A stretch of 64,000 bases of DNA. It comes from Octopus sinensis (lineage: Eukaryota). A program made the position numbers and the translations under genes. The DNA is taken from contig NC_043006.1 of assembly GCF_006345805.1 (NCBI RefSeq), forward strand, positions 84,196,001 to 84,260,000. Reading direction: 5' to 3'. The first letter of the stretch is position 1. Each line of letters opens with the position of its first letter. A model generated the notes under the pieces. That model saw only the letters and a program-made list of their open reading frames with translations. It had not been told where the DNA came from and ran no database searches. Positions 1 through 12,329 of this stretch are shown here, piece by piece.

Positions 1-134
1 GGGACTGAGGGTCCTAGCAGTTTGCTGCGTTTGAAAAGATGTGTCCAGCTAAGTAAAAGCGTGGTTGTCCTTGATAGAGGCTCCTCCCTGCAACCCTCTC
101 CAGCAGAGCATCCCTAATCTTATGGACGCATAGG

Positions 135-335
135 TGTTGGTGCCACATAAAATGCACCCATGCTGGTGCTGCGTAAAAGCACCCAGTACACTCTCTAAAG
201 TGGTTGGTATTAGGAAGGCATCCAGCCATAGAAACCATGCCAGAACAGACAGAGCTTGAAAAGCGCTTCAGCTGGTCAGCTCCTATCAAACCATACAACC
301 CATGCCAGCATGGAAAATGGACATTGAATGCTGAG
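135..335 (+). mobile_element. RTE-LINE 3' end or RTE-derived SINE (family C)
   Basis: cgtaaaagcaccc...ggtattaggaaggcatccagc...catgccagcatggaaa, the same block as the other family C copies. Confidence 0.7.
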
Positions 336-366
336 GATATATATGTATGTATATATATCACCATGA

Positions 367-647
367 TCACCGTGACTGACCAGGCTATTAGATGTTTGTA
401 CACATCACTGGTCACAATGTGCATCGCATTGTTTTAGCCTTCAAATGACGCGACCCCGCTGGCTAAGCGAGCAGACCATCAGAAGAAAGAGTGAGAGAAA
501 GTTGTGGCGAAAGAGTACAGCAGGGATCGCCACCATGCCAGAGCCTCATGGTGCTTTTAGGTGTTTTCGCTCAATAAATGGAAATCGAAACCACGATCCT
601 ATGACCGCGAGTCCACTGCCCTAACCACTGAGCCATTGCGCCTCCAC
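367..647 (-). mobile_element. tRNA-derived SINE (family E)
   Basis: The minus strand starts gtggaggcgcaatggctcagtggttagggcagtggactcgcggtcatagg (A-box-like head). Homologous copies at 36591-36843 and 42803-42912 (partial). Confidence 0.8.
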
Positions 648-1260
648 ATGTATATATATGTGTGTATATATATATATATTTCATTTTCATTTTTTTCATT
701 TCATTTTATCTAGTTTCAGCTCACAAGCTGTGGCCATGCTGGGGCACCGTCATTCGGTGTTGCTACATGATTTTACTTCACGAATGCTTTTTAGCAAATG
801 ACATTTGGTGCATGAGAGAATTTGATGCAGCTGCCCTCATCTGCACCTCCTGCCGCTAAGTTGGTTCATCAAATATATATATGTATAATATATATATATA
901 TATATATATATTCAAACACGAATGAGAAGCAGTGCTAGTGTTACAAACATTATTGACTGCACATACTCATTGTATGTGTTTTGCTTGTTCACCAGTTCAC
1001 TGTGGTTTAGCATGGTAGAGATGACTCCCCCAAAGTCTATGACTTTCAGGTGTTTCAGCACCTGGCACTTTGAGGGAGTCATCCCCACTGTGCTAAACTG
1101 CAGCCTACCAGCAAACAAGCGAAGCTCATGCATTGATTATGTTTAGTCGACATATATTTTGCATTACCTGTTCTTTTTATAATTTAGGTAATTCTTGAAA
1201 TATTTTCATGCTTTACTTGATTCTTTTCCATTAATTCCTTTTTTGATTTTCTTTTCCTAG

Positions 1261-1428
1261 GAATCTGATAAATACGTCAGTGGACTTGTAAAACCGGTGC
1301 TGGCTTGTTTCCATGATCAAGACAGTGGTGTCCGTTACTATGCCTGTGAGGCTCTGTATAATATCGTCAAAGTCTGTAGAGGTTCTGTGTTACCATACTT
1401 CAATGACATTTTCAATGGATTGAGTAAG
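1261..1428 (+). CDS. VAC14: VAC14 exon e1 of this window (168 nt, phase 0-0)
   Basis: cttttcctag|GAA...AAG|gtgagt. Translates [56 protein letters not shown], matching the VAC14 N-terminal HEAT region (human ...[26 protein letters not shown]...). Confidence 0.97.
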
Positions 1429-1481
1429 GTGAGTCATTTCATTCAGTTTGATGAGTATTTGTTTTCTTTCATCATTCACTA

Positions 1482-1710
1482 TACTTGTACTTGTGGCGAC
1501 ATTCACCCTGGGCGGGTTGAGTCGGCTTCTTCTATCACCCTCGAGGCATCTCGAACCATGGCAGCCCACGCACGACGGTCCTGTGCCAATTCACTGGAGA
1601 TAGCGAACCAGTCACGGTTCAATCGGCGCAGGCCAACCACCTGCGGTCCTGAGAGCACGGAGAGGTCCTCCGGAAGAAGTTTTGTGGGAATATATGGATT
1701 TCACAAGAGG
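1482..1710 (-). mobile_element. RTE-clade LINE 3' end with (CAAGTA)n tail
   Basis: The minus strand reads [50 protein letters not shown], then a caagtacaagta tail. This is an RTE-type C-terminus recognised from memory. Confidence 0.6.
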
Positions 1711-2304
1711 TCCCCAACAATCCCACATGTAGAGACATCCTGTTTGCCACAGATTGTCCGCAGACTCAGGGACAGAACGACCAAGGAGCCACTGGTTACC
1801 GAAGCAGACACTCCGAGGATTTTCACCAGAGCCCCATCTACCAGGTTGTCGCCCTAATACCACTCAGTGTCAGACCGATCCACCTTGGGTGGCCCTACTG
1901 AAGTTCCCGACGGCATAGCTCTGACACTACCCGTTGCTAGTGTCCCCACCACAATGAGGAGGGGATGGATTTTGGGGAAGTATCATTCACTGCATTCACT
2001 TCTATCCCCATTTCTACCCATCTGTGACATTCTTTTCACATTCTTGCAAACCTACCCATCCAGCCAGTCATGTTTCTTTGACCTTATTCTCTCTTATATC
2101 CACCTCCGTATACCTTGAAAGTACATCCGGACATCTCATCTCCATCATCCTTTCTCCCTTTACATCCTCATCTTTTAACATGCATCTTCGAATCTGGCAT
2201 GGATTAGATGGTTTGACAGAGTAAGCACAGAAATCTGAAACAAGGTGGAAAAAATAGTACTCGAATACCAGAGTTAGAGTAATATGCTTTATTAAAAAGC
2301 AGTA

Positions 2305-2335
<31 letters not shown>

Positions 2336-2625
2336 TATATATATATTATATATATGAGTGACCATGGGTTTGCACCTAGAGAGTTACCCTCTGAGGCACA
2401 AGTCTGGGCAAGGTTGTTTTATGGAAGACCAGTAGTCGCCCATGCATACCGGCCTCCCCTATCCACGCCACCAGTGTTATCCAAGGGAAAGACAAAGGTC
2501 GATACAGCTTGGCACCTGTGACGTCGCAACTCATTTCTACAGCTAAAAAGCAGAATATATATATATATATATATATATACATACATATACATATTTCATG
2601 ATCACATGTATATATATATAATATA

Positions 2626-2663
<38 letters not shown>

Positions 2664-2665
<2 letters not shown>

Positions 2666-2875
2666 TCTTTACTCTTTTACTTGTTTCAGTCATTTGACTG
2701 CGCCCATGCTGGAGCACTGCCTTTAGTCGAGCTTATCGACCCCAGGACTTATTCTTTGTAAGCCCAGTACCTATTCTATCGGTCTCTTTTGCCGAACCGC
2801 TAAGTGACGGGGATGTAAACACACCAGCATCAGTTGTCAAGCAATGCTAGGGGAACAAACACAGACACACAAGCC

Positions 2876-2919
<44 letters not shown>

Positions 2920-3083
2920 TACGACAGGCTTCTTTCAGTTCCCGTCTACCAAATCCACTCACAAGGCATTGGTCGGCCCGGGGCTATAGCAGAAGACACT
3001 TGCCCAAGATGTCAAGCAGTGGGACTGAACCCGGAACATGTGGTTGGTTAGCAAGCTACTTACCACACAGCCACTCCTGCGCC

Positions 3084-3084
<1 letters not shown>
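2664..3084 (-). mobile_element. tRNA-derived SINE (family A), full length
   Basis: Head aggcgcaggagtggctgtgtggtaag..., CORE-like ttgggcaagtgtcttc, internal (CA)/(TA) tract, (AAAAGAGT)n tail. Other copies: about 7485-7832(+), 10466-10873(-), 14651-15046(+), 21794-22190(+), 26990-27381(-), 33065-33470(-), 44200-44620(+), 49012-49387(+). Confidence 0.85.
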
Positions 3085-3114
<30 letters not shown>

Positions 3115-3683
3115 TACACATACATATACATATATATATATTTATATGCATGCACACACACACACACACACACACACAACAAAATCTTTTTCAGTTTACA
3201 TCTGCCACATCTAGTCACAAGGCTTCTTTGGTATTACTGACTGTAGACTGGAGGAGCTATCTCACTTGGAAGGACATGAAACAGGAGCATCGTGATAAAA
3301 ATAATTACTGAGGTTTTCATTTAATACACTAATTACTGCTATGATTGGAGTTCCCAGCTACATTAATGTTGTTTGTTAATTCTAACCCATTAGTCTTTCA
3401 TTTTGGCTTTATTAAAAGTAGCTGTCTAAGTATCATTAATTTGATGTACATCATTGAAAGGCAAGTTACTGCAGTATTTGTCCAGAGATAACATCTCTTA
3501 TAGATGTGCTGTTTTCCTCTGGACAAATACCACAATAATTTTCCTTTTCAATGATTTTTTTTTACTTTAAATATGATACATAGATGACTATTTTAATGTA
3601 ACAGTGCTTCTATTGTGCATAATGTATTTTTGTTTTATTATCTTTTTTACTTTATTTTCAGTTTATAGTAATATATTTTGTTT

Positions 3684-4140
3684 ATACATTATTTACATTA
3701 TTTACATTTGACGGATATTTGTCCTCATCTTTTTTGTTGTTAACATGTTTCAGCTGTTATACCCTCCAGTTTTCATCAAGTGTCTTGGGGAAATTTTGAA
3801 TCTGGGTTCTCATACCTAAGGTATTTTCTGATGTTACTATTATTATTATTATTATTACCATTATTATTTAGATCACTGCCTGGAATTGAACTTGAAATCT
3901 TGGGGTTAAGAGCGTGGGCTATTAACCCCAAGATTCCGAGTTTGATTCCAGGAAGTGATCTGAATAATAATAATAATAGTAGTAGTAGTAGTAACATTGA
4001 AAAATACTTTAGGAATGAGAACCCAAGTTCTGATGAAGGCTGGAGGGTATATCAACAAACAAAATGAGGACAAATATCCATCAAATGTCAATAATGTAAA
4101 TAATGTACATAATTCCTCATCTCTTAAATATAGAACTGTA
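3684..4140. mobile_element. Head-to-head fold-back dimer of the hammerhead-bearing tRNA-SINE (family F)
   Basis: Left arm on -, right arm on +, centre aatcttggggttaa[gagcgtgggcta]ttaaccccaagatt, tails pointing outward. Confidence 0.88.
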
Positions 4141-4163
4141 TTTTGTTTGTTTGTTTTTTGTAG

Positions 4164-4226
4164 TTGACTGCTGATCCTGACCAGCATGTCAAGAATGGCA
4201 CAGAACTACTCGATCGCTTAATAAAG
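4164..4226 (+). CDS. VAC14: VAC14 exon e2 (63 nt, phase 0-0)
   Basis: ttttttgtag|TTG...AAG|gtaacc. LTADPDQHVKNGTELLDRLIK (human [21 protein letters not shown]). Confidence 0.97.
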
Positions 4227-4661
4227 GTAACCATTTATACCTTCATATTTATATTTTGGATAATATTGTCTTAAATTCCCAATTATCATGTCTATTAGAA
4301 CTTGAATTCTGTGTTTTCTTTTAAACCTTATTTCTTACTGGTTTCAGTCATTGGACTGTGGTCATGCTGGGGCACCTCTTCCATAGATTTTTAGTCAACC
4401 ATGTCAACCCCAATGCTTTTTTTCAGTCAGTCTGGGACTTATTTTATCAAGATCTGTCTAGTGAAGAGTGAAATCACCTTTTTTGACATATGGGAGGCAA
4501 CTCAACTTACCTTTTATACCATTCTTGATGTTTGTCCGTTGAAGCGACAAGGAGCATCCAGACATCGTATAGAACGACTTATGACTTATGCACTGACTTT
4601 GCTTAAAGTTAAGAGTTGCATACCATCAACCACACTCTCTTGTCTGTGACTATTTTCAATC

Positions 4662-5139
4662 CAGTGGTAAGAACAGGTCAAGATGACAGGGGATGGAGAT
4701 TGTTATCAAAAAAATATAACAACCATATATATATATATGATATATATTTACCACATGAAATACGATGAAAAAATGTGAAAAATGTGAGAAAGATATGGTA
4801 TATAATTTTTTTTTTGTGTGCAGGGGTTCCTTGAGACATGTAATTTATTTTAAGGGTTTTACATGTCACAAGGAACCCCTGCACAAAAAAAAATTATATA
4901 CCATATCTCTCACACATTTTTTCATCATAGTTCATGTGATAGATATCATATATATATGGTTATATTTTTTCGATAACATAATAGGTTAGATAGGAAGATG
5001 TCTATATTAGAGTATTACAATAACTAATAATATGTTGTGCATGAATAGTAATATTATAATCATGAAAGTAGCATTAGCTTATCTCACTCTTTTTCGTGGA
5101 ACCCTAGGGTTCTGGGGAACCCCAGTTGAGAAACGCTGC
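4662..5139. mobile_element. Probable hAT-type MITE with an internal palindrome (4703-4976)
   Basis: Ends ...ggaaccctagggttctggggaaccccagttgagaaacgctg. The internal inverted arms are about 130-140 nt with a 15-nt loop. The left TIR is only weakly recognisable. Confidence 0.5.
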
Positions 5140-5734
5140 TCTAACTACAAAGCCATGTGACTTCAGACACACACACAGAGAGATAGATAAATAGATAGAT
5201 AGAGAGAGAGAGAAAGAGAGAGAGATTTCTGCTCAATTCTACCAAATTCTACTCAGAAGGTTTCATGTGCCTGAAGCTGTGGTAGAAGATGCTTATCCAA
5301 GGTGCCAATCCATTTATTACGAACATTACTATCTGTTGTCAGATTTAACTCATTTTTGCCAATTAATGCCATGCAATGTATAATAAACATAGCCATTAAT
5401 TAATGAAACATAAATGGTTTCTTAATTATGTTTGCTCAGATAAATATTCAAATTAGTTTTCATTACATTTCTTTACACTGTAATGTGATTGGTGATAGCT
5501 TGGACAGAAGTAAGATATGCAATCACATGAAGCTGACTGCAGCCTGCAAAAGGTGTTTATCGTAACTATCATAAGGATTGACCTTGGCAAGAGATAAGCT
5601 GTACGAATATATTTGTGTAGACTCATTCAACCTATTCAGACTAATGGCACACAGTGGCAGTAATAGTTGATGATAACAGTGATGTTTCAAAGAGCATACT
5701 GAGTAAGCGGTTTCAGAAACTCTGTACCGTCACC

Positions 5735-6010
5735 GCCGCCACCATCATCAACAACATTTAATGTCTGTTTTCCATGCTGGCATGAGTTGGACAGCTTGAC
5801 AGGCACTGGTAAGACCAGGGGCCAAACCAGGTTCCATAGTCTGTTTTGACTTGGTTTTTATGGCTGGTTGCCCTTCCTAATGCCAACCACCCCACTGAGT
5901 GTACTGGGTGCTTTTTATGTGACACCATCACCTGTGTCTTTTATGTTTCCCCAGTGCTTTTTATATGACACCAGCACCCACATCAGTGCTTTATAAGTGG
6001 CACCTTGGTT
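5735..6010 (-). mobile_element. RTE 3' UTR (family C) adjoining the 79-bp array
   Basis: catcatc tail, ccatgctggcatg, gcccttcctaatgccaaccac, gggtgctttttatgtg. Confidence 0.75.
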
Positions 6011-6024
6011 TTAGGATCTTAATT

Positions 6025-7340
6025 CCGTTGTGGTGGGCAGGTCTTCTTGAGTACAACAATGCACCACATATCTTGGTCCACTGTCATCTCCTTCATAAGG
6101 TTTCTGTGGTGGTGGGCAGGTCTTCTTGAGTAAAACAATGCACCACATATCTTGGTCCACTATCATCTCCTTCATAAGGTTTCTGTGGTGGTGGGCAGGT
6201 CTTCTTGAGTACAACAATGCACCACATATCTTGGTTCACTATCATCTCCTTCATAAGGTTTCTGTGGTGGTGGGCAGGTCTTCTTGAGTACAACAATGCA
6301 CCACATATCTTGGTCCACTGTCATCTCCTTCATAAGGTTTCTGTGGTGGTGGGCAGGTCTTCTTGAGTACAACAATGCACCACATATCTTGGTCCACTAT
6401 CATCTCCTTCATAAGGTTTCTGTGGTGGTGGGCAGGTCTTCTTGAGTACAACAATGCACCACATATCTTGGTCCACTATCATCTCCTTCATAAGGTTTCT
6501 GTGGTGGTGGGCAGGTCTTCTTGAGTACAACAATGCACCACATATCTTGGTCCACTATCATCTCCTTCATAAGGTTTCTGTGGTGGTGGGCAGGTCTTCT
6601 TGAGTACAACAATGCACCACATATCTTGGTCCACTGTCATCTCCTTCATAAGGTTTCTGTGGTGGTGGGCAGGTCTTCTTGAGTACAACAATGCACCACA
6701 TATCTTGGTCCACTGTCATCTCCTTCATAAGGTTTCTGTGGTGGTGGGCAGGTCTTCTTGAGTACAACAATGCACCACATATCTTGGTCCACTGTCATCT
6801 CCTTCATAAGGTTTCTGTGGTGGTGGGCAGGTCTTCTTGAGTACAACAATGCACCACATATCTTGGTCCACTGTCATCTCCTTCATAAGGTTTCTGTGTG
6901 GTGGGCAGGTCTTCTTGAGTACAACAATGCACCACATATCTTGGTCCACTATCATCTCCTTCATAAGGTTCTGTGGTGGTGGGCAGGTCTTCTTGAGTAC
7001 AACAATGCACCACATATCTTGGTCCACTATCATCTCCTTCATAAGGTTTCTGTGGTGGTGGGCAGGTCTTCTTGAGTACAACAATGCACCACATATCTTG
7101 GTCCACTATCATCTCTTTCATAAGGTTTCTGTTGTCATTGGTGGCTCTTCTTGTATATAGCAATATGCCTCATATCTTGGTCCTCTGTCATCTTGTTCGT
7201 AAGATTTCTGTTGCCATGAGCAGGTCTTCTTGAGTATAGCAAAGCACCTCTTATCTTAGTCCTCTGTTATCTTCATAAGGTTTCTGTTGTCATGGGCTGG
7301 TTGTCTTTAGTATAGCAATGCATCGTATATCTCAGTCCTT
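6025..7340. repeat. 79-bp minisatellite, 14 near-identical plus about 3 degenerate units
   Basis: Unit gtttctgtggtggtgggcaggtcttcttgagtacaacaatgcaccacatatcttggtccactatcatctccttcataag. The ORF track shows identical ORFs every 79 nt. Confidence 0.97.
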
Positions 7341-8852
7341 ATCAAATCCTATTCTGATGCCATTGTTATCTAGATTAGATCGGAAAATCTTGTTAGATTT
7401 GAAGAGTTCTGTGTTGTCCCAGCAAAATATACTGTCTGATGTGACAGTACCCAGCTTTGATTTGTAAAATTAGTAAACACAAGCATGGTAGTGTAGTTTA
7501 AGAAGTTTACTTGGTAATTATGTGGTTGCTGGTTCATTCCCCATGTGTGGCACTTTGAACAAGTGTATTCTACTATAGCCCCAAGCCAATCAATGCCTTA
7601 AGAGTGAGCCTGATTGACAGAAACTGTGTGAAAGCATGTCGTGTGAGTGTGTGTGTGTGTGCGCGCGCATGCGTGCGTGTATGTGTGTGTGTGTGTGTGT
7701 TTGTGTGTATATATGTATGTGTGTGAGTGTTTGTGTTTGTCACCAACATTGGTTTGTTTAAGTCCTTATAACTTGGTAAGTAGTTCAGCAAAAGAGACTG
7801 ACAAAATAAGCAGTGGGGATGATTTCTTTGACTAGCCTTTCAAAGTAGTGCTCCAACATTGCATGGCTGCAGTCCGACAACTGGAAAATTAATTCAACCC
7901 TTTTGTTATCATATTTCTGTTGAAACACTTTGCTGCCTGTTTCAATTAATTTTGATAATAATGAAGAATTTAGTAAAATACTTATAACATTGTTAAACTG
8001 TATAACATCACATAAAAAGTAGTGGATTGATGGAACTCTATGGATGTTGGGTTGCATATCTTGCAGTATTATCCTGGCTTTTTGCTTTCTGTGTCAAATC
8101 CCACCAGAACCCATCTGGATGGTTGACTTAACCTTTCACCTGGTTCAAAATCACTACTTAGCACCTTATGTGCCTTTAGTGGAGGCCACTGTGTTGTAGG
8201 CCTTTGGGCCTGGTCTCCAATTTGTGGATATCTTCCTCCATCTCTCTCCCATCATTAGTCTTGGAGGCTGTAAAGTATGATGCATGTACCATTTCCTCTT
8301 GGCTAAAAGATGAAAAGAAACTATAATGAATTGTCTTATCCAAAGGGATTCATTTCTGTTCCATTTTAGCAGAGGAGATAAGAATCAGTGTCACAAAAAA
8401 AAAAAAAATAAATAAAATTATATATAAGGAAAAGCACACATTCTTTGTTGTTGTTGTTGATCTTGTAGCATCCACCCTTAAGGGTTAGCCACATTTAAGT
8501 GGCAAATATACTTCATGATATCATGCAAGCTACTGTTTATACCTTGCTCAGAAATATATATATATATACATCTATATATATAAAATATATACATATATAT
8601 ATATAAAATTAAATATTCTTCATGGAAAATGGCGATTTTGACGTCTATTTCTAGTGTACAGGCTGTCCACTTTAGTGGTCAGTCCTCTAAATTTTGTATA
8701 TATATATATTAAAATTAGCACTAATTTTATAGCTATTTCGTGCTATTAAATACCTGTATTATTGCTGTTATTATTATCAATCACTTATATTCACTGCAGA
8801 TAATATTAACAATAATAATATCTTTATGAATGTTCACATCTGAATATTCACT

Positions 8853-8890
<38 letters not shown>

Positions 8891-10034
8891 TATAGTGTGT
8901 ATGTATATATATATATAAGTTCAGTAAAATTTAGATTCAGTTGAATATGGTACTTAAGTTAAAGGCACCAGAATTTAGTATGGTATTATCCATATAATTC
9001 AAAATGGGTTGATTACAATCAAAATAAGCAACAAGGATATCCAGAGGTAATGCAGTACGATCGTTTCATGCTGCTCCATTTAATTGAACAATGAAAATAT
9101 TACATTAATTTTAAAATGTAGAGCAATCTTCAGCTGCATAAAAATATAGAATTTAGTTAAATTCAAAGGATTCATTTGTATAGTTATTCTATTAACCAAA
9201 ATCACAAAGAGGATAAGTAGATAGACAAAGGACATGTTTCATCAGCAACATCATAGTTTTAACTGATATTTTTTCACAGGAAGACACTGCTTATCATTGA
9301 TTTTAATTTTTTATTTTGATTTACTACTGGGGTGGGGGGCGGTTAGTTCTAATTTATAGACTAGTTTATCAAGTCTAATGGAAACTAGAATCTATCTTTT
9401 ATGGATAGAGTAAAAAGACAGTTTAAGTGTCAGTCATAAATCAAGATCTCTTTGAAGTATATATATATATATCATTATCATCATATATATACAATTGCAG
9501 CATGGAAGGTGTTTATAAGCCATTTAAGAGATGTACAAAAACCATTAGATTCACTTCAACATTTAAATTTAATTTGCCAAAATTCCATGCTGCAATTGTT
9601 TTCGTTGCAGCACACAATCTCAGATCAGGTCACTTGCTATGCAAGTACATCTCCAATATATATATCTATATGTATATATATATATTTATATAAATAGATA
9701 GATATATACTTATATATCTTTTTCTTTAACCTTTTGTCATCAAATTTCTGTTGGAAACATTGCTTTTGTTTACAATGAATTTTGAATAAAATGAAAAATT
9801 TTAATAAAATTTAATAAAATAATTTTGACATTATTAAGCTGCTGTTTAAAACATAAATTAACAGGAAGTTTTGATTGAAGTTCTTTTTCTGTATGATTTT
9901 AACCACTTTAAACAAGAAATTTGTATTATGACATGTAGGGAAGTCCCAAACAGGTTGGTATCAAAAATATTAGTATATTTTACTTTGTGTTATTTTTGAA
10001 GCTCACTGAACTTTTTCTTTGTTTTTGCTTTTAG

Positions 10035-10142
10035 GATATCGTCACTGAAAGTGCTTCGTTCGATTTAGTTGCTTTTATTCCATTGTTGAGAGAACGTATT
10101 TATACAACAAACACATTCGCCCGCCAGTTTGTCGTGTCATGG
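10035..10142 (+). CDS. VAC14: VAC14 exon e3 (108 nt, phase 0-0)
   Basis: ttgcttttag|GAT...TGG|gtaagt. [36 protein letters not shown]. Confidence 0.97.
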
Positions 10143-11344
10143 GTAAGTAAGATATATATATAAAGATCGTTAATTTAAAAATGAAATAATGATTTTATCA
10201 AGTGGTCAGCATGGAAAAAAATAACCTTTAAATAACCTTATCCAGTAATTTTTTACAAGTTTCATCTTGTCTCTTTGTTTTTTTCTCCGTGTTGATATAT
10301 GGACAATTAACGTGGTTTTGAAGTCAAATTATGGCTGCTATTTTCAGCATGGTGGTATCTCATAGATACCCTAATTTATAATTTATATATATATATATAA
10401 GGCAAGACTTAACAACATTGTTTAACTTATTTGTTCTGCAAATTACCTTTAAACACTTTCATTACTCTCTCTTTTACTTGTTTCAGTCATTTGACTGTGG
10501 CCATGCTGGAGCACCGCCTTTTAGTCGAGCAAATCGACCCCAGGACTTATTTTTTGTAAGCCTAGTACTTATTCTATCGGTCTCTTTTTGCCGAACCGCT
10601 AAGTTACGAGGACGCAAACACACCGGCATTGGTTGTCAAGTGATGTTGGGGAACAAACACAGACATACAAACACACACAAACACACACACATGTATATAT
10701 ACATATATACGACAGGCTTCTTTCAGTTTCCGTCTACCAAATCCACTGACAAGGCTTTGGGCTGCCCAAGGCTATAGTAGAAGACACTTGGCCAAGGTAC
10801 CAAGCAGTGGGACTGAACCCGGAACCATGTGGTTGGTAAGCAAGCTACTTACCACACAGCCATTCCTGCACCTATCCTTGCTTTGAAAGTAACGAGAAAT
10901 TATTTCCATGTAACATATTTTCATCATGATGCTGGAGTTGATAGCAGTAGACTAACACTATGAAATGTTTATTATTATTATTATTGGATGAACACTCTCA
11001 TTTTATTTTGCTGGGTATGATGGGAAGTGTCAGCTGTCCACAGCCAGCAGACTGAGGTGACACTTGTTTACTGCTCATGCATCAAGAACTCTGCAAAAAA
11101 TTTGTCATTAAGCTGGTGTTTGGTGGCTGACAATATCTGCATCTCTGATCATGAGCAGGAGTAGTTGGGTAGCATCATAGCCATATGTTGAGAGTAACTG
11201 TTTGGTGTTTGAATAATTCACCCTTGGAAACATGGGTATTTCATTCATCATTCTTAACAAACCTGATGAGCAGGACCTTTTGAGCAGGATGAGCTACTAG
11301 ACCTGAAGAAAATTCTAACGAAGGTTGTGGGTAATGAAGGTTGT

Positions 11345-11474
11345 GTAGAAGTGGTACCAATAGTAATTGGAGCACTTGGAAGTATCAGCACTCAACTACC
11401 AACATAGATGTAAAGATAGAACACCTACAAAAATCAGCATTGTTTGGAACTGCAAGAATTCTTCACAAGGTTAG
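11345..11474 (+). mobile_element. Fragment of an RLE-type (HERO/NeSL/R4-like) non-LTR retrotransposon C-terminus
   Basis: VEVVPIVIGALGSIS...(frameshift) IDVKIEHLQKSALFGTARILHKV. Confidence 0.6.
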
Positions 11475-11479
11475 TGTCA

Positions 11480-11692
11480 AAAATTAAGTAAAAAAACCGG
11501 AAAAATAATCCAGAATCCTTGTCTGGTACCAGATCAATCCCCAAATCTAATCAGTTCGTACCAGTCATGAGGCCAAGCATCCCTGAAAGTTTCATCTGAA
11601 TCCATCCAGTGGTTCTTGAGATATCTTGTTAGACAAACAAACAAACATGACTGAAAACAATACCTCCGCCTTCACTCAAGTGGAGGTAATAA
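11480..11692 (+). mobile_element. Helentron/HINE-like non-autonomous element, 3' end
   Basis: (caaa)n followed by catgactgaaaacaatACCTCCgccttcactcaagtGGAGGTaat (terminal hairpin). Confidence 0.5.
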
Positions 11693-12329
11693 TTATAAAA
11701 TAAGCACTGTTTATTTGTCAACCCTTAATCTTAATCTGAAAATGTCAGAATTTGGTTCTTCTAATCCATTTTTAGTTCATAGTCAAGGGAGGTAACTCTA
11801 TCTTTTAGCAATGCAGTGTAGATTTTCCGGTCCAACGTTTTTGCATCTGTAAACCTTGCATAAAATTACACTCATAAGATTTTCTCCCTTGAATTAATAT
11901 CATGAACTATGAAAAATGAATACGTACAGAGACAGCCACTCATAGTTTATTTTATTTATAAGAACTCAAGTAAAGTAATTTCATCTTTTAGAAACTATAG
12001 TTATTGTGTTAGCAGTAACAATAAAAAGGTAATCAATTTCTGTAAAGCTGAAATGCGAAAAAGTTGTTTGATTTCTTGGTTATTTGTCTCATTTTGGGAT
12101 GGGAATGGTTTGATGGTCGGTAGATGGGATTGGATTGGTGCTAAAATTTACACTGGGAGGTAAAATGGGGTGGGCAATGGTCTGAGGAGGGTTGCAAGTT
12201 GCTTGGGGCTACCGTTTGGTTGCCATGGTGAGGAATATGGGAAAAATTGAGTTTTATGGGATAGACAGGTTGCGCTGTTTGAATAATGGTGGCTTTTCGT
12301 TTTGCTGCAGGGGCTACAGGCGGTTATCT

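Noticed and set aside
1429-1857. Extension of the VAC14 e1 ORF to 186 aa
   Set aside because: Homology stops at a canonical GTGAGT donor (1429); the rest is intron containing an RTE fragment.
3905-3960. tRNA genes (here and at other SINE heads)
   Set aside because: Only A/B-box-like heads are present; they run into SINE bodies and lack a full cloverleaf or acceptor stem.
6025-7340. CRISPR-like array, or a repeated 67-aa protein family
   Set aside because: The units are contiguous 79-bp tandem copies with no unique spacers, in a eukaryotic intron. The ORFs arise from the period not being a multiple of 3.
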